Below are positions 41,257-50,785 of a stretch of 64,000 nt of DNA, one piece after another. Position 1 is the stretch's first letter; every line of letters starts with the position of its first letter. Location: IMG/VR virus record IMGVR_UViG_3300028840_006907, positions 384,001-448,000 of that record. One strand, written 5' to 3'. The position numbers and the translations under genes are program-made. The DNA is from a virus. The notes under the pieces were generated by a model. The model was not told the DNA's origin, searched no databases, and saw nothing but the letters and a program-made list of their open reading frames with translations.

Positions 41257-42000
41257 ATGACTGATGTATGTCCGATATGTAATGGAGAAGGAAAAAGAAT
41301 AAAAGTTTTAAGAAGTTTTCATACGGGATTAATGAAACCAGTGACCGAGTGGTGTTTATGTTCGAAATCTAAGTTTGTTTCAAATACATATGAATTATTA
41401 AGACCGTTAGGTGATATCTATCTACCTCTTGAAAAGATAGATAAACGCATGTTCCTTGATTTGAAGGATTTATCAAAAAGTCCTAATTTATATATAACTA
41501 GTACTTCTATGGAAACTTTTTTACTCCATGTAAAGAGTGTTATTATTAAGTATCGATTTTTAAATAATCCTCCTTCTATTTATTTATGCCAATCAATTGA
41601 AATCCTTCAGAAATTTTTTGTCCAACAAGAGGATAAATCACAGACTCGGTTAACAGATATGAATAAATATGAGCTGGTTGTTTTTACTCTGGATACTAAA
41701 CAGAAAAATGATCATTTGGGGACATGTATTTCACAGGTTGTTTATAACCGGTATCACAGTGACAAACCTACATGGGTTTATTTACCTGAATCCACAGTGC
41801 TCGAAAATATTCGGGAATATACAGATGATTTAAAAAAGTTTTTAAGTCCTGTTATTACTGGTGATTCAGAATCTGAGATATCAGAAAAGATAAAAAGTAA
41901 GAGATATAAAAAAATCAGTATAGCGGATGTAGGAATGAAAATTAAAGAGATTAGATCAGAGGCACAAAATGCAGCATCAAAATTTAGTCCATTTAGTTAA
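41257..42000 (+). CDS. hypothetical protein with N-terminal CxxC zinc-binding motif
   Basis: 247-aa ORF, 'CPICNGEGK...CLCSK'. Confidence 0.4.
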   Translation: MTDVCPICNGEGKRIKVLRSFHTGLMKPVTEWCLCSKSKFVSNTYELLRPLGDIYLPLEKIDKRMFLDLKDLSKSPNLYITSTSMETFLLHVKSVIIKYRFLNNPPSIYLCQSIEILQKFFVQQEDKSQTRLTDMNKYELVVFTLDTKQKNDHLGTCISQVVYNRYHSDKPTWVYLPESTVLENIREYTDDLKKFLSPVITGDSESEISEKIKSKRYKKISIADVGMKIKEIRSEAQNAASKFSPFS

Positions 42001-42033
42001 GATAAAAATTCATACAAATCAGAGGATAAAAAA

Positions 42034-43545
42034 GTGAAAAAGGTATTTCGTTCAATAATAAATATAAGAAAAAACAAGATTCCAACAATTCCACTGGATG
42101 AACTATCTAAAAATTATCGAGTATTTCTCACTAGTAAAATTCAACCGGAAGATCCCTCCTATATAAAACTGTATGAATGGATTGAGTCTCATTATCGGGA
42201 ATTTAAGGAATTGCCTTCAATAGAACTTCTTTTTGAAAAGGCTAATAATGAGGGGGATGAAGTAATAGTATCTCATTTGAGTGATATTGTTTCTGAGATC
42301 CCATTTTGGGGTTCTGATTATAGAGCTATTCTAAAAACGAAATTTACGGAACAATGTGAGGATGAATTTAAAACAATTGTTGAAAAGACGTGGCAGGTAG
42401 CAAAGAACGGTTTGAAATTGAAGGGGAAAAAGAAAAAGGAAATAAAAGGTTTAAATGAAGCGGTTACTTATTTCAATAGTCAATCCAAAAAATTTTTGTT
42501 TAATGCCTTAGATATAAAAAATGAAGGTCAAATAAAAAGTAGAGAGGATAGTGCTGAAGTGATAGAGGATTATAATAGAGGAAAAAAAGACCCTCTTACA
42601 AATATAGGGCTATTTGTTGATTTGGAGAAAATTGATAATGTTTTTAGAGGCATAAAACTTGGTGACCTATTTATAATCGCAGCATTTGTAGGTCAGGGTA
42701 AATCCACTTTTGCTGTAAATCTGGCCTACAGTGGGATCATGCAAGGATTAAATGGAATGTTTGTTACATTGGAAATGCAGTATGATGAAATGAGAAATAT
42801 GTTCTATGTATTACATTCCAGTTATCCTGGTTGGTATGCTTATCCGGAATATAAAAAATTTGTTGGAAAAATTACTTATGATAAAGTTCGTTATTCCGAA
42901 TTGTCCCCAACTGAGGAAGAGTTCTTCAATGTTGTCTGTGAAGATTTTGGTTCAAATAGAGAGGATTTCGGAGAATTGTTTTTAGTTAAGCCTCCAGCAA
43001 ATTGTACTCCTTCTTATTTAGAAACAACTTTAGAAGAATATAATAATGAGTTAAAGGATCGTGGGAAAGTTCTGGATTTTCTTGTTGTGGATTATGTAGG
43101 GTTAATGGTTCAGGATAAAGACCAGAAATACGGGGATTGGAGAGTTGATCTTAATAATATGATAAGAAAGTTAAAAAACCTGACTATCAATTTTGATAAT
43201 GGAAGAGGGTTAAGAGTTATTACTCCATATCAATTTAACCGTCAAGGTCATAGGGATGCTGTAAAAAATGACGGTATTTATAACCTCACAGCTTTATCTG
43301 ATGCAAATGAAAGTGAACGGTCCTCTGATGGGGTTATAGCTCTTTTCAATACCGAGGAAATGCGTAATAGTGGTATTGTAAAAATAAGTTGTCTAAAAAA
43401 TCGGGACGGAGCGCATTTCGCTCCTTTTGAAGCCAATCTAGATTTTGCTACTAAGAAATTACGGGATTTCGATCAGACCGTTGAAAATTCGCAAGATGAA
43501 ATGGGTATAGAAGATATATCTTCGGAGATTTCGTTAAATATATGA
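42034..43545 (+). CDS. DnaB-like replicative helicase (RecA-fold C-terminal domain)
   Basis: Walker A 'AAFVGQGKSTFAVNLA', Walker B-like 'LDFLVVDYVGLM', 'ISCLKNRDG' motif; N-terminal about 200 aa unassigned. Confidence 0.6.
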   Translation: MKKVFRSIINIRKNKIPTIPLDELSKNYRVFLTSKIQPEDPSYIKLYEWIESHYREFKELPSIELLFEKANNEGDEVIVSHLSDIVSEIPFWGSDYRAILKTKFTEQCEDEFKTIVEKTWQVAKNGLKLKGKKKKEIKGLNEAVTYFNSQSKKFLFNALDIKNEGQIKSREDSAEVIEDYNRGKKDPLTNIGLFVDLEKIDNVFRGIKLGDLFIIAAFVGQGKSTFAVNLAYSGIMQGLNGMFVTLEMQYDEMRNMFYVLHSSYPGWYAYPEYKKFVGKITYDKVRYSELSPTEEEFFNVVCEDFGSNREDFGELFLVKPPANCTPSYLETTLEEYNNELKDRGKVLDFLVVDYVGLMVQDKDQKYGDWRVDLNNMIRKLKNLTINFDNGRGLRVITPYQFNRQGHRDAVKNDGIYNLTALSDANESERSSDGVIALFNTEEMRNSGIVKISCLKNRDGAHFAPFEANLDFATKKLRDFDQTVENSQDEMGIEDISSEISLNI

Positions 43546-44084
43546 AAAGTCCAGAGAAATTGAAAGAGCTGATTTTAAGTGAAGTGGATCTCAGCAAGGT
43601 TATGATAGACTATGGGGTGGAGTTTGTCTATAACCCGGAGCTAGTGGATGAGGCACAGCTTCGTTGTCCATTTCATGGTAAAGATAGGAAACCTTCAGCC
43701 AGGTATTATCGGGAAACTCAGACAATGTTTTGTTGGGTTTGTCACAAATCCTGGGATGTGATAAGGTTTGTTATGGAAAAAGAACAGATGTATTATAAAA
43801 CGGCTCTTTTACATATAGTAAATAAGTATCAATTAGATATTTCAGTAATTCCCGATGAACCTGAATTTATTATAGAGAAAATAGTGCCAATTTCAGATAC
43901 ATCTGTATGGACTTTAGATGCTGAGAAGAAAATAAAAGAATTTAGAAATAAACTCATTTATAAACGTTACAGTGCTTTAGTAACTGCTTATCATATAATA
44001 ATGTTCAATTCATCAAAAGATATAGATATTTCAGAAGACATCCAAAAATTAAATAATAAATTAGATACACTCAAAATAGGATAA
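43542..44084 (+). CDS. DnaG-type primase zinc-binding domain protein (no TOPRIM domain recognised)
   Basis: 'CPFHGKDRKPSARYY...FCWVCHKSWDVIRFV' matches the CHC2 zinc-finger pattern of bacterial/phage primases; only 180 aa. Confidence 0.5.
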   Translation: MKSPEKLKELILSEVDLSKVMIDYGVEFVYNPELVDEAQLRCPFHGKDRKPSARYYRETQTMFCWVCHKSWDVIRFVMEKEQMYYKTALLHIVNKYQLDISVIPDEPEFIIEKIVPISDTSVWTLDAEKKIKEFRNKLIYKRYSALVTAYHIIMFNSSKDIDISEDIQKLNNKLDTLKIG

Positions 44085-44089
44085 TATTA

Positions 44090-47000
44090 ATGGCACCAAA
44101 AAAACAATTTGTAAACACAGGATTTATGGAATTTGTGGAGGATACTGTTCAAACCAGAATAGCCGAAATGCCATGGATGGCTGATCGTACGTTTAAATTA
44201 GCCAAGAGCATGGAAGAAGTGGAAAATTACATTGATAGGGCGATAGAAGCGAAAAGATGTGCCCTTGATTTGGAAACGACAGGACTTAATACAAGGGTAA
44301 AAAAAGTAGATGGTAAAATTGTTCCTATTGGTAAAATAGTAGGTTTTGCTTTATGTTATGATCCGAAAGTGGCCATTTATATCCCTATTAATCATAGAGA
44401 AGGGATAGAATTTAATCTTCCAGAAGAGGCTGTTTTAAAGGAGATAAAACGTCTTTGTTATAATTGTATTACAATATACCATAATGCTAAATTCGATTTA
44501 ACTTATTTAAAGAATTACGGTATTGTTCTTGATAATCATAATCAATTCGAAGATACACTTTTGCTGGCGTATTTGCATGATTCAGGAAGAAAAGCCAATA
44601 AATTAAAGGATCTCTCTCCAGAATTACTTGATCAACCAATGTTAAAATTTAATGAGGTTGCCAAAGAAGGTCATTTTGATCTTGTCTCCCCTGATGTGGG
44701 GTATACATATGGAGCCTCTGATGCTATGTGTACTATGGATTTATATATCTTTTTTACGGAACAGGAAATTATAAAGAGTCAACAGATGATATATAACTTA
44801 GAGAAACGGGTTGTATTTGTTATGATGGATATGGAAGCAAATCTAATAAAAATTGATGTTCCATATCTCAAGGACTTAAAAACAAAAGTTGAAAACCGTA
44901 TAGAAGATATTAAAAAAGAGATACATCAATTGGTCGGTTATGAATTTAATTTGGGAAGTTCACAGAAATTAGGTAAAATACTATTCGATGATTTGAAATA
45001 TAAATATCCAGAGAAAACAAAAACCAAATCTGGGCAATACAGCACTGATAGTAAAACCTTAAATAAAATAGCTGACCTTTACCCCATTGTTAAGAAGATC
45101 ATAAATTTCCGTGGATTGGAAAAAGTTTTATCGACATATATTAATAATCTTTTGAACAACCACGATGAAGAAGGTTTTGTAAAACTTCAATTTAAACAGA
45201 CTGGAACTGATACCGGAAGATTTTCGAGTCCTGGTGGTCAGGGTATTCATATAGATGGGTCTTCAGGAGTTAATGTCCAGAGTATTCCAAAGATGCCTAG
45301 TGAGGATAATCCTGACATTGATATGAGAAGGGCGTTTATTGCTCGTCCTGGTAAAACGATGGTAGCGATTGACTATGCAAATGAAGAGATGCGGGTAGCT
45401 ACAAATATTTCGAATGAGACTGCCTGGATTGAATCGATTCATAAAGGAATTGATTTCCATACTGCTACAGGTGCTATTATCTCGGGAAAAGATCCTAAGG
45501 ATGTATTAAAAAGTGAGAGGAAAATAGGAAAGACAGTTAATTTTTTGGCCCTTTATTTAGGAGGCCCATTTACTCTTGCAGGTAATGCTAAAATAACTGT
45601 ACCGGAGGCCAAAAAGATTCTAGCCACATTTTTTGCAGGAGTTCCTAAACTGAAGAAATGGATTGACCGGGTGATCGTGGTAGCTAGAAAAGAGAAATTT
45701 GTTAAAACTATTTTTGGGCGTACTAGACCGTTAAATAAGTACTATGATAGTGGGGATAAGGGATTGGCTGCTCATGCAGATCGATGTGCAGTTAATACAA
45801 AAATTCAAGGTTGCCTTTGTCAAGAAGAGCGCTGTTTAACAACAGAAGGTTATTTATCTATTATAAAAATCAAAAAGTTAAAGGAATCAGGCCAAAATTT
45901 AAAAATATGGACTGGGGTTTCATGGGAGGATTTTGAAGTATTGGATCGTGGAGAGGCTCAATTAGCGATAATTGAATTAAAAAATGGAATGATTCTTCAT
46001 TGTGATACACGGCATGAAGTATTAACAGTAAATAATGAAAGATATGAATTTAAAAAATTTAATGAATTAACAGAAGATACTAATATATGTATATCTCGCC
46101 CTCAATTATTAAAATTTGGGAGTTATCCTGAGGAAATTATTTTTGAGGGAAATGTATGGAATGCACAGAAATTGAAAGTGAGTACGGCAGAGGAGTGGGA
46201 TTTTATAGCCTATTTATTAGGATGTGTTATTGGAGATGGCTCAATATACATTGATAAAAAGGCATCTAAATATGTTATAACATTAAATTTTGGTGAAGAA
46301 AAGATAAGAAGAATATTTCCTGATCTTAAGAGAAAATTAAATGATCTCGGATTAAATATTTCGGAACCTGTTTTAAATAAAGGTAGTAAAGGTATTTGTT
46401 ATAAAACGAGTATCTGTTCCGTTACTTTAACAAAACTTTTTGGAGAAATGGGTTATCATTTTCATGATGCTCGTGATAAGAGAATCCCTCAACGAATTAT
46501 GGAATCCCCTATAAAAATGAGACAATCATTTTTACGAGGTTATTTTGATACAGATGGATGTAAGAAAGAGGCCAATAAATATGGTTTCCATACTCCTAAT
46601 AAAGATCTATTGAGAGATATTCAATTATTAGCTTGGACCCTAGGATGTCCCTCTACTATTTATGATTGTGGTGATGGCTCATCCATATTTAATTGGATGA
46701 ATTATCGAATTTTTGCGGAATTAATGGACTTAACTTATAAAAAAGAAGAGAGAAAATGTAACACACAAAATATGCCTTTACCTGATTTTTTAAGAGAGCC
46801 TATATTAAATTCTTTAGGGAATTGTTATGTAAAAAATGGGAATGATCGCTCATATGTATGTAAAGTTAGGAAGGGTAAAAATGTTAGTTTACCTGGAATA
46901 GTGTCATTATTAGAAAGTTATAATTGTGAACTACCGGAAATTTATTATCATTCCAAATTAGAAAAGAAAAGAGTTTTAAGTAAAAAAGAAGTTACATACA

Positions 47001-47878
47001 CTTTATCAGTAAAATCTCCTTTACATCGGTTTGATTCTGCTGGAATTATAAGTAAAAATACTTCGGCGGATATTATGAAGGCTGTCATGGCCCGGATGAA
47101 CTCCTGGCTCACGAGAAATAATCTGCATGATGATATAAAAATATTGATTACCATGCATGATGAATTGGTTTTTGAGATTACAACTGAAAAATTGCAGATA
47201 CTGGTACCAGAGATTTGTAAGATCATGCAGTTGAATGATATTATTCAGGGTCAATTGAAATGGCCCATTCCTTTGGAAGTTGATATACAGTATGGTGATA
47301 CTTGGAGAGTTAAAGGTGATTTTCTTAAGGATTTTCCTGATTTGAGGAATAAATTAAGTGAGCCTTTAATGGAATTTGAATCTTTACAGAAGATAAAAGA
47401 TGATGTGCCAAAAGATAAAAATGATGAACCTCCGGTGGAAAGTAATAAAATTGAAGAAGAAAATTCAGAGAAAGATTCAAATGAGGTACCAGATAACCAG
47501 ATTATAGAGGAAAAAACTCCTTCTGAAATACAAGATATAGAAAAGTCTGAACAACATGATGTACCTAAAGATAAGGAGGTTTTGGAGAAAGTTGATAGTG
47601 GTACTGTAGATAGTAGTAAAATATCAGAAAAAAAAACTCTAAACGGCGGTGATATATCGGGTCAATATTTGATTTATACTCTGCGAGAATTGAGTACGAT
47701 AAGTTCACGATGGTTGAATGATATTTTGGTTTTTTTGAATGATGAGGGCAATCGATATGAAGAGAAAGATAAAAAAATTTTAAAAATCCGTGACAGATCA
47801 GGGAACTCTTTATTAGTTTCAGAGTATAAAGTACACCCTGAAAGTTTTTCCCTTTTGGCAAGATTTTTTGGGATATGA
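44090..47878 (+). CDS. family A DNA polymerase with 3'-5' exonuclease domain, interrupted by an intein
   Basis: Exo motifs 'LDLETTGL', 'YHNAKFDLTYL', 'YTYGASDAM'; pol motif A 'VAIDYANEEMRV', motif B 'RKIGKTVNFLALYLGG', motif C 'ITMHDELVFE'; conserved 'NTKIQG' and 'TSADIMKAVM' separated by a 416-aa insertion. Confidence 0.8.
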   Translation: MAPKKQFVNTGFMEFVEDTVQTRIAEMPWMADRTFKLAKSMEEVENYIDRAIEAKRCALDLETTGLNTRVKKVDGKIVPIGKIVGFALCYDPKVAIYIPINHREGIEFNLPEEAVLKEIKRLCYNCITIYHNAKFDLTYLKNYGIVLDNHNQFEDTLLLAYLHDSGRKANKLKDLSPELLDQPMLKFNEVAKEGHFDLVSPDVGYTYGASDAMCTMDLYIFFTEQEIIKSQQMIYNLEKRVVFVMMDMEANLIKIDVPYLKDLKTKVENRIEDIKKEIHQLVGYEFNLGSSQKLGKILFDDLKYKYPEKTKTKSGQYSTDSKTLNKIADLYPIVKKIINFRGLEKVLSTYINNLLNNHDEEGFVKLQFKQTGTDTGRFSSPGGQGIHIDGSSGVNVQSIPKMPSEDNPDIDMRRAFIARPGKTMVAIDYANEEMRVATNISNETAWIESIHKGIDFHTATGAIISGKDPKDVLKSERKIGKTVNFLALYLGGPFTLAGNAKITVPEAKKILATFFAGVPKLKKWIDRVIVVARKEKFVKTIFGRTRPLNKYYDSGDKGLAAHADRCAVNTKIQGCLCQEERCLTTEGYLSIIKIKKLKESGQNLKIWTGVSWEDFEVLDRGEAQLAIIELKNGMILHCDTRHEVLTVNNERYEFKKFNELTEDTNICISRPQLLKFGSYPEEIIFEGNVWNAQKLKVSTAEEWDFIAYLLGCVIGDGSIYIDKKASKYVITLNFGEEKIRRIFPDLKRKLNDLGLNISEPVLNKGSKGICYKTSICSVTLTKLFGEMGYHFHDARDKRIPQRIMESPIKMRQSFLRGYFDTDGCKKEANKYGFHTPNKDLLRDIQLLAWTLGCPSTIYDCGDGSSIFNWMNYRIFAELMDLTYKKEERKCNTQNMPLPDFLREPILNSLGNCYVKNGNDRSYVCKVRKGKNVSLPGIVSLLESYNCELPEIYYHSKLEKKRVLSKKEVTYTLSVKSPLHRFDSAGIISKNTSADIMKAVMARMNSWLTRNNLHDDIKILITMHDELVFEITTEKLQILVPEICKIMQLNDIIQGQLKWPIPLEVDIQYGDTWRVKGDFLKDFPDLRNKLSEPLMEFESLQKIKDDVPKDKNDEPPVESNKIEEENSEKDSNEVPDNQIIEEKTPSEIQDIEKSEQHDVPKDKEVLEKVDSGTVDSSKISEKKTLNGGDISGQYLIYTLRELSTISSRWLNDILVFLNDEGNRYEEKDKKILKIRDRSGNSLLVSEYKVHPESFSLLARFFGI
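45812..47059 (+). mobile_element. intein with LAGLIDADG homing endonuclease domain inserted in the polymerase (N-terminal boundary could alternatively be the second Cys at 45833)
   Basis: Starts at Cys directly after 'IQG'; block B 'LHCDTRHEVL'; LAGLIDADG motifs 'FIAYLLGCVIGDGSIY' and 'FLRGYFDTDGC'; C-terminal blocks 'TYTLSV...HRFDSAGIISKN' followed by Thr; removing it restores 'IQG-TSADIMK'. Confidence 0.7.
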
Positions 47879-48128
47879 GGGGATAAATTTTCTCTTTTGT
47901 ATTAAATAAAAAAAGTTAAAAATATTGTTTGCGAAAAATAAATTTTTCTTTTATATTAGTTTTTGATTAAAAATTAAGCTGAAATTGGCTTATTCTAAGT
48001 ATCTACAATTTATAGACTTACAAATATAAAAAGCTGAGTTAAATTCGAGCCATAAATTTTACGTAGAGACTAGGGTAAGCTCAAAAAACATAAATACTAA
48101 AATAACACAAATAAAGGAGCGTCCCTCA
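47879..48128. promoter_or_regulatory. 250-bp AT-rich intergenic region between the polymerase and the sigma factor gene; candidate promoter/regulatory region
   Basis: Longest non-coding gap in the window, extremely AT-rich; SD AAAGGAG upstream of the 48129 ATG; no promoter hexamers confidently assigned. Confidence 0.25.
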
Positions 48129-48890
48129 ATGCTACCTACTAATGATATTGCTGTCTTTGCCCAAAAAAATGATGCAGAATTTCGTGCTCTAGTCCGAAAA
48201 CAGTGCGAGTATCTTGATTATCCTGGTTCACCTGATGATGTTGTCCAAGAGCTTTATGTGAAGTTCTTAACAAAAAAGAAAATCATTGAAGCTTATGATC
48301 CCAGTTATAATGTACAAATATCTTCTTACCTTTTTAAAATTATCCGTAATTTTATAATCACCAGAGTGAAAAGTCACGATGGTCGATTTCGTCGGTGCCG
48401 TGTTTTAACCCCTTCTCCTACTGATGATACTAACGAGTTCGATCTTATTCCCGCTTATTATGATGTTTCAGATGATTTCTACGACAATCAATATTTTAAC
48501 AATAATTCTTTTATGGAAGAATTCAGCGATTTTGAGCGTCAGTTTTCAAAATCACCTCAGAACATAAAATTTAAGTTACGAAAGAGACAACATAAAAATA
48601 CTTCTCTCAATTTTTTAAAAATATTGGAACGTCTTCAAAAGCGTGGTAAAATCGGTGAAGAATTTAATGAAATCAAGGATTTAATCACAGAGATAGAAGA
48701 AAACGGGTGTACTCTATTGGACCTTTTCCGACTTCTGTATAAGGGATACAACAATAAAATGATCGCTCGGATTTATGGAGTATCAACAACTACAATAAGT
48801 GCTATGAAAAGCAAATTAGCAAAAGCCATGATTAAATACGGTATAAAGTATGATCGAGCTACGGTGTCCAAAGTGTCAATCCAAAGTTGA
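48129..48890 (+). CDS. sigma-70 family (ECF-like) sigma factor
   Basis: Region 2-like 'DVVQELYVKFLTK...SSYLFKIIRNFIITRVKS', region 4 HTH-like 'KMIARIYGVSTTTISAMKSKLAKAM'. Confidence 0.5.
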   Translation: MLPTNDIAVFAQKNDAEFRALVRKQCEYLDYPGSPDDVVQELYVKFLTKKKIIEAYDPSYNVQISSYLFKIIRNFIITRVKSHDGRFRRCRVLTPSPTDDTNEFDLIPAYYDVSDDFYDNQYFNNNSFMEEFSDFERQFSKSPQNIKFKLRKRQHKNTSLNFLKILERLQKRGKIGEEFNEIKDLITEIEENGCTLLDLFRLLYKGYNNKMIARIYGVSTTTISAMKSKLAKAMIKYGIKYDRATVSKVSIQS

Positions 48891-49029
48891 GATTGAAGAC
48901 AAAACAGTTGAAGGGGATAAAAGGACTGCAGTTTTCTGTAAGAAAGAAGGATGTTTCTTCTATAAGAATGCATTAATCGGTTTAGAGAGGCTGGAGTCAA
49001 AAGTCTACATATCTGAATCCCTTGTTTAA
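48850..49029 (+). CDS. zinc-ribbon mini-protein (59 aa)
   Basis: Translation by eye: MIELRCPKCQSKVEIEDKTVEGDKRTAVFCKKEGCFF... with CxxC...CxxxxC; below the ORF-track length cutoff; overlaps the sigma gene 3' end. Confidence 0.35.
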   Translation: MIELRCPKCQSKVEIEDKTVEGDKRTAVFCKKEGCFFYKNALIGLERLESKVYISESLV

Positions 49030-49099
49030 AAAAATTTAATTTTCTTCTTATTGTGATCATCTCTTAATGTCGTATTATCTATAGGAGGTTTTTTGGAAA

Positions 49100-49363
49100 T
49101 TGAATATAAACCAAGTTTTTATACTTTTGCTAGGTGCTTTGGCAATTTGGTTTTTAAGTCGAAAGGAACGGTGGAGTCGGTGGGGTTTTATTATCGGTAT
49201 GATCAGTCAACCTTTCTGGCTTATTGAATCTTTTCAAAACAAACAATGGGGATTTTTTTGTTTAAGTATCTGGTACACGTATAGTTGGGCACAAGGGATT
49301 TGGAACTATTGGATAAAGGGTAACAATGAAAACAAAAAAGAAAAAGAAAAACAACAAGAATAA
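49100..49363 (+). CDS. small hydrophobic protein (2 predicted TM segments), TTG start
   Basis: AGGAGG 10 nt upstream of TTG at 49100; Trp/Phe-rich hydrophobic segments; Lys/Glu-rich tail. Confidence 0.35.
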   Translation: MNINQVFILLLGALAIWFLSRKERWSRWGFIIGMISQPFWLIESFQNKQWGFFCLSIWYTYSWAQGIWNYWIKGNNENKKEKEKQQE

Positions 49364-50129
49364 GCAAAAACCTAATTCTATTTCTGTGAAGTCAGAAACA
49401 GATAAAGTTTTGATATCAGAATCAGTTCCTGAAATTACTACTGATATAATAATTCTCCTTTATGGAGATCGAAAATATCTAGATGTATGTGTTGCATCCG
49501 TTGAAGAGCACTGTAATAATTATGTCTTGCATATAATTGATAACAATGAAGTCAATAGAGGTTTTACCAAGGGTGTAAATGAAGGTATTCTTGCCGGTAG
49601 TGCTCCCTATGTTTGGTTACTTAATCAGGATGCTGTGGTTCTTAAGGGAGCACAACAGGCTCTTATAGATCGATTTTCTTATGGGGAAAAAGTCGGGATT
49701 GTTGGATCTATGCAGATAGATCACGATGATCCTGATATTATTCGTCATGGAGGAACTATTCAGGCGTTCCCCAATGGAATCCATAAGGGGGGAAGAATCT
49801 CTATGGGGCATTGTAGAGTTCCTGAGAAATCCACCTGGATTAATTTTGCCTCAGCAATGCTGAGAAGGGAAATGATTCAACATATAGGACTATTGGATGA
49901 AAATATGTTTTTGATATGCTCAGACAGTGACTATTGCTACTGGGCGCGGTATCGGGGTTGGGAAGTCTGGTATGAACCTAGATCACAAGTCAAGCATCGT
50001 TTGGAGGCTTCATCAAAAGGTGTCTCTGAATGGCATCGGAAGGATACTCTCGCTTTTATGAATAAGTGGGGAATAAATAATTTAGGTCAGAAATCAGAAT
50101 TATTTCAGAAATTAGATATATATCCTTAA
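49326..50129 (+). CDS. family 2 glycosyltransferase-like protein
   Basis: 'IIILLYGDRKYLDVCV...HIIDNN' and 'NRGFTKGVNEGILAGSAPYVWLLNQDAVV' resemble the N-terminal GT-A core of GT2 rhamnosyl/galactosyl-transferases; exact start uncertain (Lys-rich N-terminus overlaps the previous ORF). Confidence 0.45.
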   Translation: MKTKKKKKNNKNKQKPNSISVKSETDKVLISESVPEITTDIIILLYGDRKYLDVCVASVEEHCNNYVLHIIDNNEVNRGFTKGVNEGILAGSAPYVWLLNQDAVVLKGAQQALIDRFSYGEKVGIVGSMQIDHDDPDIIRHGGTIQAFPNGIHKGGRISMGHCRVPEKSTWINFASAMLRREMIQHIGLLDENMFLICSDSDYCYWARYRGWEVWYEPRSQVKHRLEASSKGVSEWHRKDTLAFMNKWGINNLGQKSELFQKLDIYP

Positions 50130-50143
50130 TATGGGAGATTTTT

Positions 50144-50377
50144 ATGAGTGGTGTAAACATAAAATTAAAACAACAGTTGAGGGAACCTACATATTGTACT
50201 CCTCGTTGTAGAGCTTCTGATGACAATTGCATCATTCAGAAGCAAGATTATTATATCTCTATCTCAGGTTATGGAGCGAATGGCCTTGCTAATTTATGTA
50301 TTTGTATGAAACATTCAGAAGATTTCTTGAATCAAGTGAAGCAATTGTTAAAAGATATAAAGAAACTGGAAAAGTGA
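50144..50377 (+). CDS. small Cys-rich protein
   Basis: 77-aa ORF with 'CTPRCRASDDNC...CICMKH'. Confidence 0.35.
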   Translation: MSGVNIKLKQQLREPTYCTPRCRASDDNCIIQKQDYYISISGYGANGLANLCICMKHSEDFLNQVKQLLKDIKKLEK

Positions 50378-50379
50378 TT

Positions 50380-50757
50380 ATGGGTAATACATATCGAAAA
50401 CAAGGATATGAAGTAGTAGAAAATGGAATAGCTACCGGTAAAGTGGTGTTCAGTTATGACCCTGAAGAGTACGATGTCCATACCCTGGCTAATCCAAGAG
50501 ATGGGATGCCAAACAAAACTATAACTTCAAAATGGTTTCGTTGTGATGTTTGTGGTGGTAAATTTCCCCTACAAGAATATAAAGATTCCTGGGATTGGGG
50601 AGGCCCACATTGCCCGAACCCTGAGTGTGGTAATGGGGGCATCGGGCTGTTTGCGAAGCGAGAAGGGCCAGTAAGAAATTATCGGGGTGTAATAATACAT
50701 AAGATGAAAGAAACGATTAAATCTATGGAAAAAGCTATAAAAAAATATAGCTCTTAA
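50380..50757 (+). CDS. zinc-ribbon protein
   Basis: Internal ATG at 50380 chosen, 3 nt after the previous stop; 'CDVCGG...HCPNPEC'; the longer 50296 start would overlap the preceding gene. Confidence 0.45.
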   Translation: MGNTYRKQGYEVVENGIATGKVVFSYDPEEYDVHTLANPRDGMPNKTITSKWFRCDVCGGKFPLQEYKDSWDWGGPHCPNPECGNGGIGLFAKREGPVRNYRGVIIHKMKETIKSMEKAIKKYSS

Positions 50758-50785
50758 AAAAATAAAAAGGTAAAGAGGATGAAAA

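Noticed and set aside
46948-47861. Minus-strand ORFs (77-98 aa) inside the DNA polymerase/intein gene
   Set aside because: Antisense to conserved polymerase and intein motifs.
50296-50757. Long form (153 aa) of the zinc-ribbon gene
   Set aside because: The first 28 codons overlap the preceding gene in another frame; the internal ATG at 50380, 3 nt after the upstream stop, is the more parsimonious start.
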